Source: the human T2T-CHM13v2.0 reference genome, Homo sapiens. Taken from it: 64,000 nucleotides of DNA. This document shows, piece after piece, positions 43,827-64,000 of this stretch (positions within the stretch are counted from its first letter, which is position 1; each line of letters opens with the position of its first letter). The stretch lies in the NCBI RefSeq assembly GCF_009914755.1, contig NC_060925.1; one strand, given 5' to 3'. Under the pieces are notes generated by a model. That model was given only the letters and a program-made list of their open reading frames with translations, ran no database searches and was not told the DNA's origin. The translations under genes were made by a program, and so were the position numbers.

Positions 43827-46564
43827 TGAAGATGGTATTTATCCTCAGCCTTCCCGTGATGCTCCTCATTAACTTTGCCCAGGTTTAGGCAAAGAGCAAA
43901 AAACAATCGCTGCCCAGCCACCGCATGCTGCCCATCAAGCTTCCGCTGAAGGGTTAGTCAGGGTCTCCTAAGGCAGGTGTCAGGAAGGCTAAATTTTTAC
44001 TCAGCTGCCACCTCTGACATGCTTTATACGCTCATATGGGAATAATTCACTGGCAGAACTGCTTTCCAGCAGGCTCTGTCCCTTATAACCCATAATGCAT
44101 TCAGGAATGCTCAAGTCACTTTTCCAGTTTGTCACCAAAATCGCTTTGTTTATTTTAAGGTTAATGACGCAATCTGCTCAGGGCTGTTTGGGGAGGATTG
44201 AGGTAGGCTAATTTATTTTTCCTATGACTCTATTACCACCTGGGAATGCTAATGCCCTCTTCAAATTTATAATGAAGACTAGATCATTTATCCTGGCTAT
44301 TGAGCGGATCTCACCCCATCACCTCGAACTCAAGAACTCATTGCCTTTACCCTTTTGAAAGCTAAGATCAGAAAAGAAAAGTCTTGTATAGCACAGCAAT
44401 CATGAAGCACCAGCTTAAGATAACTGATGACCTAAGAATGGGGAAAAAGGAGTGAAAAACCTGCCTGATGTAATATACTCTTCTCTTGTCTGAGTAATCC
44501 AAAATGGCACTGTAGAAAGGAATTTCTTAGTAATAATACACTCTACAATGAACGAAATGTTGACTTTTGCTTTACAAAGTGCCATTGTTCATCAGGATGC
44601 CCTTCCTACCAGACAATGTCTGTTGTCACAAATGCTCCTTTTTTAAGGGCTGCAAAAAGTAGCATGGAACTATTCACTCACCAAAATTGTTTTTAGTTCT
44701 ACTGTAGCATTTTTCACATTGATTATTCTGGTTCTGCATTTAGAACCTGCAGATTGATCTTGGTAGGAACTGAAAACCTCTCTTATTTATATTTGTATTC
44801 TTGGCCATGCCCAGAGTAGGTGCTCATTAAGGATTAAAATAATTTTAAAAATAAATAGAGAAAGAACCTCTTCTAAAGTAGACAATAGTACATTTATGAG
44901 GGGTATTTGGAGAACTTTTATTAATGTTGGAGTGGGCAGCTTTATAATATAATGTTGAAAGTATCCTTATTTACTTATTATTATTAGTGTATTACTATTA
45001 TTTACTTTATTATTATATCTGCCTATTTGAAATAAAATAATTTGATTTACATACTTATTTTCTAGAATACTTTCATTCATTCATTTTTTTCAATGACCAG
45101 TTACCAAATATTTGCCATGTTCCAGAAGGATATTCCCTTTCACCATGAAATGCATAATTTAATAAGGGGGCAGTGATCCACCTACTACAAGTGTTGTGAG
45201 TGCTTTCACAAAGTGTCTCAGAAGCTTGTATGGTGGGATGGTTGTCAGACTAATCTGGTAGCCAGGCCATTTTTTTTCCAACTAAAAAGGGAACAAGCTT
45301 TATAATAAACTTCTTTCCCTAAACTCCAAACCCCATTTCTCTGTTTGCCCAGAAACTGGAGGGTGGGCAGGTGGAAGTTGGAGCTGAGAGTGGAATGGAG
45401 GAAAGATAAACCCAACCTCTATCTCTCTATCTTCCTAGATTCCCAGCTGCCTTAAAAACAAAAACAAAAACAAAAAAACAAACACCCCCATCCCGGCTCC
45501 ACAAAACCAAAAAGCCAAAACCTGCTTCAGTGATCACATTCAGTTATTCAGGAAACATCGCTGATGCATTATGAGCTGAGAAGGGTCTCCAAAGTATCAT
45601 GTACTTTTAAATGTGTTCAGACAGTCCTTAACGGCTTAAATATAATATCTCTCTTATGCTTCTGTTCTTGGTTTTATTTTCTCAAGTCTCAGAAAAACCC
45701 TTGTGCAACTGCCCGCTCTGGGCACAAATCATCACTGTGCTGAATATTCTGGGCATGATTTCCTAGCCACGTAACAAGAGGGCAGACCGTAAATTGACTG
45801 GTCTATTAATACAACTTCATAGAAAACAAGAGAAGAAAACAACAATTCTTCTCATAATCTCAGTTTTAAGGGGATAGAATTGCATTCTGCCTATATGAAA
45901 CCTTTGGCAAATTTGAGAAAAATTTGCCCCCAAGCCATTGTTGACAAAACCATAGGTTGGTGAGAGATTACTGTTCTAACATGATAAACAAAGCACTATG
46001 GGGGTTCCAGGAAGATGATTAATTGACCCCAAAATCATTCAAATTCTAAAGACCCACTTACTTCCCTTCCTTTTAACCACAGTGCTTTATGAATCTACTC
46101 ATATAGCTGTATTTCTGTGTCCTTTAAAGTAAATGATCTTTCTTTATGAAGCAATTAACATAATAATGCTCTTAGCATTATATGAACTGCTGTTTTCCTA
46201 ATCAATTCCTAAAGACCTACCAGCCAATTCCAATATAACATAAAAGATTTCACCAATTAGAGAAGAAATGTAGAAAATAAGGGTAACTTTTCACAAAGCT
46301 ACTTTTACTTCATTTAAATTTTAAGATTATATCTTTCCTACTGTTTTATATTACTATAGCCTTTCTTTTCATAAAATAATGGTAGTAGAGTTTCCCATCT
46401 CCTCCCTCATGTCCTCACTTGGTAAAATTGAATGTTGGTAACTCTAGGTCAATCTTCAAAAGGTGTTTTGTAAATTCTGCTGCTCTGTGAATTCAGAAAG
46501 TCTGAGAGCCACTGTCATAGGAGGTTCCATTGAAACCGGTTAAACCTATTAAAAACCACTGTTG

Positions 46565-46879
<315 letters not shown>

Positions 46880-47390
46880 TCAATAACTCATACCACCAGG
46901 TGGGCACATAAATCTAACTAAGCTATTACTCAGTGTCAATATCTGGTCACTCTTGAGATATTGCTGAGATTCATTCCTTCTATCCCACAATGGCACAAAC
47001 TGTAAACAAAGAATCCACCAGTATGTAGGAGTACTATGGGCCCATACTTTTAAATTAACATGGATATGAAGTAACAGAGGCCTTAGGGCAACACCTAAAA
47101 TCAAAGCTTTAAAAAATGGAAGGACTTTTATCCATCAACTAGCTAAAGCCCTCATTTTGCAAATAAGAAAAATAGGGCCAAAGAAGGTATGTACCTTGCC
47201 CGAGGTCCCACAAGAACTAAGACTAGAAACTGGCTGTCTTCACTCCTAGACCAATATTCTCTCCACTTTTCCATAGCTGCTTTTCAACATAGAAAGAGTC
47301 CTGTTCTGCAAGCAAAATAATTGACCTTAAAATTTTGACTTTTATTCTCATATAACAATTCAAAAATTAAAAATTAATGGCCTCTCATCA

Positions 47391-47720
<330 letters not shown>

Positions 47721-48239
47721 ATAAAGATAGTACAGGTGGAATAAATGATCACATCACAATAGCAAACAAAAGTATAAGGTACCTAAAATAAACGTAGCAA
47801 GAACCATGCAAAAGTTTTGTGGAAATAAATCTTAAAGGATGTGAAAAAAATCTGAATAAATGGAGAGATATACCACATCCACAGATGGGATATGGCAAAG
47901 GTATCATTATTACATTCAAATTAAAAATAAAAGCTTGTCTAAAAAAACAAAGTGAAAAGACAAGTCACAGACCGTGAAAAGACCATTGCACTCTAGCTAA
48001 CTGAAGAAGGGTTAGGAACCAGGATATATAAAGAAACCCCCAAAATGCAGAAAAAAAACTCCACAGATTAGAAAAATGAACAAAGGACAGGTAAGGAAAT
48101 CCAGATGGCTCGCAGACACATGAAAAAATGTTCAACTCACAACACTCAGGGAAATATGATTAATTTAACTAATATGTTTAAAAATTAGTTTTATTGTTTT
48201 TTAAATTTTTTTAATAGTGGTAAATAGTTTTCATATTTA

Positions 48240-50530
<2,291 letters not shown>

Positions 50531-51245
50531 AGGGTATTAAAAATTAAAGGGTCCCATTTCATATTCATCGGGCAAAACAACTAAGAAAATAAAATAATAC
50601 CAAGTGTTAGCAAGAATATGAAGAAAGGGAAACTCTCCTCTACTCCTGGTGAGAGTGAACATAGCTAAACACTACCTAGAGAAGTGGTTTGGTGATAGCT
50701 AGAAAAGTTGAAGATATGCATATCTTATAGTTAGGTCATTTTACCCCAGATACATGCTCTAGAAACTGTGCCACCTGTCTGTAAAGGAAAGCAGTACCAA
50801 ATTGGCATTCTGAACATCCGTCAGTAGGGGAATGGACAAATAAATTGTAGTATGTTTATATTACACGATAAAGCAGTTAAAAATAAATGAACTGGAGTTC
50901 CATGAAATAACTTGTATAAATCTCAAAAACATCCTATTGAGTGAAATAAGAAAGTTGAAGAAGAATCCATACAGTTGGACAGCATTCATAAAATGGCTTA
51001 AAGTCTGAAAGCACTATCATATATATATGTAGAAAGTATATGTATGTATATGTAGAAATATTAAAACTTTCATGACTAACATCATATTCACATTACTGGT
51101 TACTCTAGGGAGGGAAGAAAGAGGAATTATATTAATAAGCAAGGAATAGATGGGGCTGAAGATTTGGTAAAGCTAGATGGTAGATACATCATTGTAGGTT
51201 CTATTTTCTCTATCTCTTTAAAACAGTTCAAAATAAAATAATTGA

Positions 51246-54190
<2,945 letters not shown>

Positions 54191-54677
54191 CATTTTTCTT
54201 TTTGAAAATGCTATAGTATTTCATGTGAATAGATGTACCATTGTTTATTCAACTAGTCCCCTGTGGGTGGCCATTTGGGTTGTTTTTAATCTTTTCCAAT
54301 TAAAAGTAGTGCTGCAACAAATAGCCATATATATATATATATTTATATTTATATGAAAAAGACTTACGATTATTCCAAGAAGTAGTTCCTGATAACCGGA
54401 AGCCTCATCTACACCCAGCTTCCCAGAACTTAGCATTGCCATGGCAAAGAAGGCCATACACAAAATGAAAACACTAATAAGAAGCTGGAAAAAATATGTG
54501 GAACTTATATCACAAAAGGACTAATATCCATAATATATCTTCCTAATATCTAATATACAGCAAACTTTTAAAACATTAGAAGGAAAAGAACAACTTAGAT
54601 AGAAAATTGACAAAAGATATGAAGAAATAGTCCAAGCATGTATTAGCAAGATGCTCCACTCACTCATTATAAGATAA

Positions 54678-54956
<279 letters not shown>

Positions 54957-55626
54957 TAGATTCCAAGAAGAGGGATTGGTTGCTGGGTCAAAAAGTAAAT
55001 GCTAATACAATCATCCTAGACATTATCAAACTCCCCTTCACAGAAGTTACACAGCTCTGCACTGCCACTAATATGTGAGACTGCCTATTTCCCCACAGCC
55101 TTGCCAGCAGTGTATATTATAGTCAAAACTTTTGAACTTTTTCAAATGTAGATGAGAAATCAAAACAAGTGCCTTTATACTTGAACAAGTGAGAGCAAAA
55201 TGAGAAGACTTTTAAAAAGATAAAAACCTATGAAAAGAGAAAGTTGGAATTTTATTAACTGACATTGAAAAATCTAGTTAAAATTACATGATGTAAAAAT
55301 AGTGAAATAATAATTGGCCAGAAAAAAATGAACAACCATTCTATGACCTTTAATATAGCCCCAAACTTACCCTTCTTGTTAAAATATAATTTGGTATACT
55401 TTAATTTGCATTTATCTTATAATGAGTGAGTGGAGCATCTTTTTAATACACATATGGACTATTTGTTCATATTTTTTGTCAATTTTTCTATCTATGTTGT
55501 TGTTCTTTTCCTTCTAATGTTTTAAAAGTTTGTTGTATATTAGATACATTAGAAATATATATATATGTATATATAGATAATTAGGAAGATATATTATGGA
55601 TATTAGTCCTTTTTGAAAAATTTCTC

Positions 55627-56315
55627 GGTAGCATGTGATGCTGATAGCATTTTACCCACAGTAAAATTTCTTTCAAAAATTGGTGTTAATTCTCTTAAAC
55701 CCTGCCTCTGCCCAATCATCTAAGTTTAGGTAATATCCTAAGTCCTTTGTTGTCATTTCAGCAATGTTCACAGCAGATTCCATCTCAAGAAACAACTTTC
55801 TTTGCTCATCCATGAGAAGCAACTCCTCATCCATTCAAGTTTTATCGTGAGATTGCAGCAAGTTACGCTTCGCTTCTAATTCTAGTTCTCTTGCTATTTC
55901 TACATCTTCAGTCACTTTCTCCACTGAAGTCTTGAACCCTTCCAAATATCTTTGAGGGTTAGAATCCTCTTCTTCCAAATTCCTGTCCATGTTGCTATTT
56001 TGACCTCCTCCCATGAATCACAAATGTCTTAATGGCATCTAGAATAGTGAATTCTTTCTGGAAAGTTTTCAATTTACTTTGAGCAACCAGATTTATCATA
56101 GGAACCACTATCTATGGCAGCTATAGCCTTACAAAATGTATTTCTTAAATAATAAGACTTGAAGGTCAAAATTTCCCCTTGATCCATGGGCTGCAGAAGG
56201 AATACTGTATTCACCGGCATGAAAACAACATTCACGTTGTACATCTCCATCAGAGCTCCTGGGTGCATTTTCAATGAGCAGTAATATTTTGAAAGGAATC
56301 TTTTTTTTTTCTGAG
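55627..56315 (-). mobile_element. Tigger1 transposase fragment (DDE region)
   Basis: ORF 56074..56274 [16 protein letters not shown]...[10 protein letters not shown] is the pogo/Tigger DDE motif; no TIRs; frameshifted. Confidence 0.9.
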
Positions 56316-57365
56316 TAAAGTAGCTGTATATGTTGAATTCAACAACTTAATTTAACATCTCTTCAGAAAGCTATTTTTGTGATATGCTTACACCTCCTCA
56401 ACAAGGCAGGCGCATGTGTGCATGTCTGAGGGATGAAGTGTTTGGGGCATATGTTTGAGGCTGAAGAATAGAGAATAAGAAAACTGTACCTTTTTGTTCC
56501 CATAAAAATTTAAACCAATTGTTTTTTTAACGAGGATCTTCACTAACTTTTTTGATTTACTCTAATATTAGAGTACTCTAATCAAACCTTTTGCACTTTT
56601 CAGCTTTTAGAGAGATAAGTGGTCAGACACTAAAGAATGGAAGAAAACTGCAAGTTACAGCAGGAGCAATTGAGAAAAGTCTTCAGTTTTTTTCTCCCTG
56701 ACATTAGCAAAACAACCATAATATAATTTATTTCCTTTTTTATTATTATTAACCATAAAGCTTCCTTGCAAAAAAAAAAAAATAGAAGAATAATATAGCT
56801 GGTTTATGGAATTTGGAAACAATTATTTTGTCATAGAACGGAGACATACTGTATTAGTTTTCCTCATATTGAAACAAATGTCAGTTTGGAACTGCAATTT
56901 GAATGTCATTCATTGCTAGTTTAAATGATAAGTAGGTTTTATTCTTAGCTAAAAGCCCTTTAAAATCAATATACACAGTGACTATGTCATAATAACGTTA
57001 TCATGTAATATGCACAAAAGACAGAACAAAATGCATGTCCTCGTAGACCAATTCTAGCCTACTTCCCTTTTCAACTCTACATATAATTGGAAACACTAGG
57101 TTCAATTATATGTATTTGATATATGAAATCTTATTTATAGCTAATAAAAACAGAAAGAAGATGACTGCACAGTGAGTCAGAACCAGGCAGTTAACAAATA
57201 ATTGTGTAGGTACCAAAAAATGATTGCTTAAAAAAAAAAGAAAAACTATGGTGATAAATTATAAACTATTGAAACACAATAAAGTGCCTTGTAGGCTTTT
57301 AATGTAAATGTAAATTATCTCCAATTTTGAATCTTTATTTTTTGTAGTTATCATAATTATCATTA

Positions 57366-57722
<357 letters not shown>

Positions 57723-58365
57723 TTAGGAAAAAAATTTGATTGTGCATGGAAATCCTCTCCCTAAAACTCTTTTATTTAGAAGCACTTTTTATTGAATACC
57801 TGCCACCGTATCATGCACTGTTCTTAGCACTGGGAATGTCAAGATTAATGAGGTATAGTACCTGCACTGTAGAAGTACAGCAGAGATCCTGGAGGGCTGG
57901 GGAGACGGGGAGGTTTTTGAAGAGGATAATTGCTGAATTATAGCTAAAGAACTATCAGGAGTTAGCTTGGCTCAGATAGGCAGTTTCTAGAGGATAGTGA
58001 AAAGACAGTGAATCTCAAGTGGAAGAGGTAATGTGAACGAAATAATGGAGGTAAAATATTGCATGGTTTGTGAAGGATAACTACAAGTATCTCAGTGTGG
58101 CTGGAGTAATACTGGGAGTAGTTAAAAATGAAGACAAACAAATAGGTAGGGACCAGACCATGCTTACAAGAATAAGGAGCTTGAGCATCCTATAACAAAT
58201 GGAAGGCCATGGAAGGGCTTTAAATGAGAAATGACACGATCAGATTTGTGCTGTGGGCAGCTCATCTTTGATGCTGCCTGGATGACAGATTTGACAGGGA
58301 CAGGACTAAAGGCAGAAGATTCAGGCAACAGGCTACTTCCTGTTTTAGTTAAAAGATATAAGGAT

Positions 58366-58685
<320 letters not shown>

Positions 58686-58897
58686 AGATATAAGGTCATG
58701 ACAATGGAGATGGTGCAGAAGAAAATGTTCTGGTTTCAGAAAATATCTAGGCAGTAAAAGTAGCATAACTTGCAATTACACCATGCAGTTGGGAGAGGAG
58801 GGCACTGAAAGAAAGGAAGGAAAGAAGGACAGTTCCAGGATTTCTAACTTGAATGATGAACTGAAAAATAGCGCTAACCAATGAAATAAAGAATAGA

Positions 58898-59214
<317 letters not shown>

Positions 59215-60172
59215 CTAAAGGAGGTGATAAGTTACATATATTAACATTGAGATACCTGTAAAATGTCTAAGTAATTAAATATATAAGCCTGAAGCTTGTA
59301 GGAGAGGACTGGACTAGATAATTAGGTCACTAGCATTGAGATATTTGAAACATAATCTGAGATTCCTCAGAAACAGTTGAAAAAAAATGAATTTGAGATA
59401 AACCCCAAAAATATTAATATTTAAAAGACTGGCAGAGCAAGAGGGTACCAAGTAGGAAACAGAAAAAGAAAAGTCGCAGAGACACAGCAAAACCAGCAAA
59501 GCCTGGAGTCAAGGACGTCAGGAGAGTAAGGAGTTTCAGGAAGGGGAGAGCAACTGAGAGTGGTAATTGACAGTGGTAATAGACCTCTCCTCTTATTTAA
59601 ATGTCACTCTTCTATGATCCTGTCAAGTTATATGCGTGCCTCCCTCCGATACAGCACTTTCACATTGCACTGTAATCAACACTTTGAGTACTTTAAAGTA
59701 TTATGTTTCTCCAGATCACAGATGTCCTACTTGACTTTGTATTCCAAATATCTAACATAGTAGATATCTAACAAATATTTGAGGCAAGACAATTGAAAAA
59801 GATCTTAATGATAAATAGCTATCACAGGGTGTTATGAAGCAGAAGCCAATGAAATTTGCTGAGTGAAAGAAAAGTTGGTAAGTGGAAACGACGAACGTAG
59901 AATATTCTTTCAACAAGTTTGAAGGGAAGAGGAAGACGGGAAGAAAGTTGGGAAGAAAGAATAAATAAGGCTGAGAAAAAGCAGCCAGTAAACAGGAAGA
60001 GTATATATTTGTTGATCTAATGAATTCTGCCAGTTAAAAATTTTAGTGCAAGAAAAATAAGATTTTACTAAATTTCATGCTCTGATATTAAAAATATATA
60101 TAATAAGGCATTTTGTTTTAAGTTGATGACAATTACAAAGTGTACACATGGCGTTTGCACCGCGAATCATGA

Positions 60173-60346
<174 letters not shown>

Positions 60347-60423
60347 TAAGTTGTGTATTATCCTTAAACAATGTAAAAGCTTTACTGCAGAAGGGCTCAG
60401 TAGCATGCAACACTCAGGGAAGG

Positions 60424-60713
60424 GCTGGGCGCGGTGGCTCAGGTCTGTAAACCCAGAACTTTGGGAGGAGGATCACTTAAGGCCAGGAGTTCGAGATCAG
60501 CCTTACCAACATGGTGAAACCCTGTCTCTACTAAAAATACAAAAAGTAGCAGGGCGCAGTGGCGCCTGCCTGTAATCCTATCTAATGGAGAGGGTGAGGC
60601 ATGAGAATTGCTTGAACCTGGGAGGTGGAGGTAGCAGTGAGCTGAGATCACACCACCGCACTACATCCTGGGTGACAGAGTGAGTGAAACTCAGTATAAA
60701 GAAAAAAAAAAAA
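60424..60713 (+). mobile_element. AluS, small 5' internal deletion
   Basis: Dimer with A tail, about 80 nt downstream of exon 8. Confidence 0.92.
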
Positions 60714-62976
60714 GCCTCAGGGGACAAAAAAGCAATACATAAAAATGGTGATAACTTTCAAGGCAGGCGTTCCTGGAAGTTATATTCATGAATGGACTGT
60801 GTTCTAAGTGTCTAAATCCCAGGATGATATAAGTAAGGTGAACTGTAAGCATCTATATTCCCAAGAGCTTTGATCTTTACTATTCTCAACTAGTATATGC
60901 TTTTCATGTGTGATCTTGCCCAAATTTATGACCTCAACAAATAATTAAAATACATAACAACTTCAAACTAATCTCTCTAGAGCTTCAAACACACATAACC
61001 AATTGCCTATTGGCAATTTTCATCTGATTGTTACCAAGACCCTCAAAGCCCTACATGCCTGAAACATCTTCCCAACCTACTCCCCGCTCCCAAACTTCTC
61101 CCCTTCCTGTATCCCCAGTGCCACCACCATCTACTCAGCCACCAAAGTCACATGGTGAGAAGACTCCTGGGTAGCATATCCTTCTCATTCACCACCTCAA
61201 CACGTCTGATTTATTACAGATTGGGGCTAACAAGGGCCAATGTTGTAGATGCAATTATTCCTCTCAACCAATTAGATTTACCCTGGACTATGGCCAAGAT
61301 CTTACCCTCCCCATACCATCCACTTCTCAATGTTTTTTTTTTTTTGCATTTGTTGAGAAGGAACTAAAGTAACACTGAATGATTTGTTTGGATGTATTGT
61401 AAGTAATAAGTTCTCCCCAGCTGTGTAATTGGAACGTGTGCAAGGGCCATGTGTGGCCACCCTATGGCAAGGGGGTTTGGAAAATTTTACTTACAGATAC
61501 AAGATGGCCAAGAACCTTAATAATAAATGAAAATAAAATCAAGTTTATCTAAGCATTTGGGGGACGGGAAGAGATATAAAAGAGGAGAGAAGGGAGAATT
61601 GGAAAGGACAGGAGAAAAGGAGAGGAAAATACAAAAGAAACGTCTGCCTCTCTCTTTACACTTCTTAACATACTGCTGGTCTGCCTGCTCCTTCCCATCC
61701 AAGCCTGAGTCATTTCTTTTAGCCAGTTTTTGAAAGGAAATAATCATTTATTGCTTGGACTATGGATTTCTTCTCTTTGAACCTTTAATTGAAATAGCTG
61801 TTTCTGCAGACCCCCCTTTCTGCACCTCAGTCCACATACTCCTGGATCCTGCCCCTGGAATTCCTGTCATCCTTCTGTTCCTTCACTTCAGCCCATGCCC
61901 CCAGCCTTTTCTCACACATTGTCTACCTGCCACTTGATACCTACACCTGTCTGCACTGCAAACTTCCCCTCCTTCTTGCTAATGCTTTCACGCTGTGTCA
62001 GCTTGTGTATGACTCTTTCCTAAGAAGGGAAATCAGATAGACTAAGAAGACCATTATCTTGATGCCACAGCCTAAAGAGGGGGGCAACACCCGTGATAAT
62101 AATCCCACTTTAAAGGTGAAGATCCTCCTTGTTAAAGTGCCTTGTTATTTTGCCAAGGGATGCATGCATATCCAACATCCAATCAGAGGAAAACAACCAA
62201 GTATAGTGTGGGTCATACACAGTGTCCCTTTCCTATAGGCAGATGATTATATAAGACAATTGATTTATAATCAGTGCAGTATTTTGCAAAACATATGATT
62301 TAGCACAGATCTGTGGAAGGTCATTTAGGCCCAGGTTTAAAAGTTTTGAAACTGAAAATGGTTTCCATATTTGCAGTAGAGTCCATCTCTTTGTCTACCA
62401 CAAACTTCACCTAAGACCCCTTCACCAGTCAGAGGAAATAACTCTTCTCTTCCCACTCTAAGCCTCAGGCTTTTTGAGCCCAGACTTAATATTATTCTTG
62501 CTAATTAATAATCCACTTCATGATTCAGCTCATCTGCACAACAGAAATCTCTTAAAAAATTTGAGTTCAACAAGTCATCAAGCTTGTAGACTTCTCTTTT
62601 GAGCTTGGGTTCACTTTCCAGGAGGCCCCTTCATCTCTTGCAGAAGTAATTTCCACTGAAGAAACAGGGGAAATTTTGCTGTAAGGTCTATTTGCTATAA
62701 TGAATGTTAAATGCAGCTTTAAGAGCCAGGCATGATGTTTCAGTGCAGGCATTTAGGGACTATTCCCCTGTTCCTAGGATGGTGCCTACAAAGTTCAGTG
62801 TTGACCTTGGAATCTGGGTCAACAGGAGACTGGAGCAGCAAGAGCAGGGTCCTCACTGGACTACCTGTTCTTCTCCACTCCATTATAAGCTCTTTAAGGG
62901 TAATAATATTTTATTCAAATTTATTACTCCACTTATTTAAAAAATATTAGAACTCTATTATTTAAACTGTATGAAA

Positions 62977-63110
62977 CCAGCCCGGCGTGGTGGCTCCCAT
63001 CAGTAATCCCAGCACTTTGGGAGGCTGAGGCAGGAGGATCGCTTGAGCCCAGGAGTTCAAGACCAGTCTGGGCAACATAGTTGGCCCCCATCTCTAAAAG
63101 TAAAATAAAA
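62977..63110 (+). mobile_element. FLAM_C-like monomer
   Basis: Left monomer followed by an A-rich tail. Confidence 0.88.
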
Positions 63111-63356
63111 TAGAGTTTTATCCATAGGATTTTGTAGAAGTCCATTCTCTGATCTAAAGGTAGGAAGATTAGACAGGTTAGTTGAATTAAAAGACTTTTA
63201 AACCGTTGAGGATCATGATTTAACAGAACCTTGCTAAAAAAGCTATGTTCAAACTCTAGTTCCTTGCATTTTCTTTTCATGTTCAATAATATTAGCATTT
63301 GAGGAATTGCCTAGCTCTGCAGAGGATATACAATCTTAGTACTGTAAGCTCCATAA

Positions 63357-63500
<144 letters not shown>

Positions 63501-63555
63501 TAACTCGTTACTTACTGAACCAGTAATACTGTCTGGGACTTAGGTGGCTGATACA

Positions 63556-63601
63556 TTAGGTTGATGCAAAATTAATTGTGGTTTTTGCCATTGAAAGTAA
63601 T
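63556..63601. mobile_element. MADE1 (mariner MITE) half element
   Basis: ttaggttgatgcaaaattaattgtggtttttgccattgaaagtaat matches one arm only. Confidence 0.85.
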
Positions 63602-64000
63602 AGAAAGAGTTTACTTCATCCCAGCATTAAAGAAGGGACCACTGAAAAAAGACATCAGTTGGGTTGACACGTGGCTTCCGCTTTCTTCCCATAACTGTCA
63701 TTTTGGAGGTGAGGTTCTCCTCAGGGATTTAAAGTGCTGTGTGGTCCCCTCACCATGTCAGCCTCACAGCACCCTTTATCACATAGCAGAGATGGAAAAT
63801 GATCACTTGGCTTTACTTTTCGCCAAAATCTGACACAGGTGTGAAACAGAAGGAAGGACTTGCAAGGCAAGTATGGAAGGTCATATGGCAGGAGGTTTCA
63901 TCCACCATCCACTATAACTGAGCAATTGTCATCCATTTCTGAAAGAGCAAGGGATTTAAGAAAAAATCCCTTTTTTCCTATTTATATTTGCATAAGAGCT

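Noticed and set aside
56074-56274. Domesticated TIGD-like transposase gene
   Set aside because: A short broken Tigger1 fragment lacking the DNA-binding domain.
63556-63601. miR-548-family hairpin
   Set aside because: Only one MADE1 arm is present, so it cannot fold into the precursor.

Overview
Primate (human-like) genomic DNA, AT-rich and dense in repeats. It holds the middle of one + strand WD40-repeat gene, which I recognise from memory as WDR64 (a WDR49 paralogue, testis-enriched). Nine internal GT-AG exons (5800-5879, 17301-17440, 32362-32488, 35516-35664, 38393-38516, 43546-43721, 51279-51455, 60212-60345, 63398-63499) splice in phase into 1209 nt of stop-free frame. The start and stop codons lie outside the window. 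The rest is intron: about 29 Alu/FLAM copies, two 5'-truncated antisense L1PA elements, old L1M/L2/MIR debris, two sense ERV1 solo LTRs (MER4A-like, MER41A), MLT1 LTRs and DNA-transposon fossils (Tigger1, Tigger3, MER33, MER91, MER5, MADE1). Repeat subfamily names come from recalled consensus sequences, not a search. Almost all ORF-track entries are repeat-derived noise. I see no prokaryote-type system and cannot support a claim of a new biological system. The best leads are a candidate Alu poison exon followed by (CU)16(UG)16, reconstituted 5' splice sites at the starts of two exons, a templated insertion scar beside one exon, two apparently ectopic composite inserts (one CpG-rich), and a perfect 17-bp hairpin.
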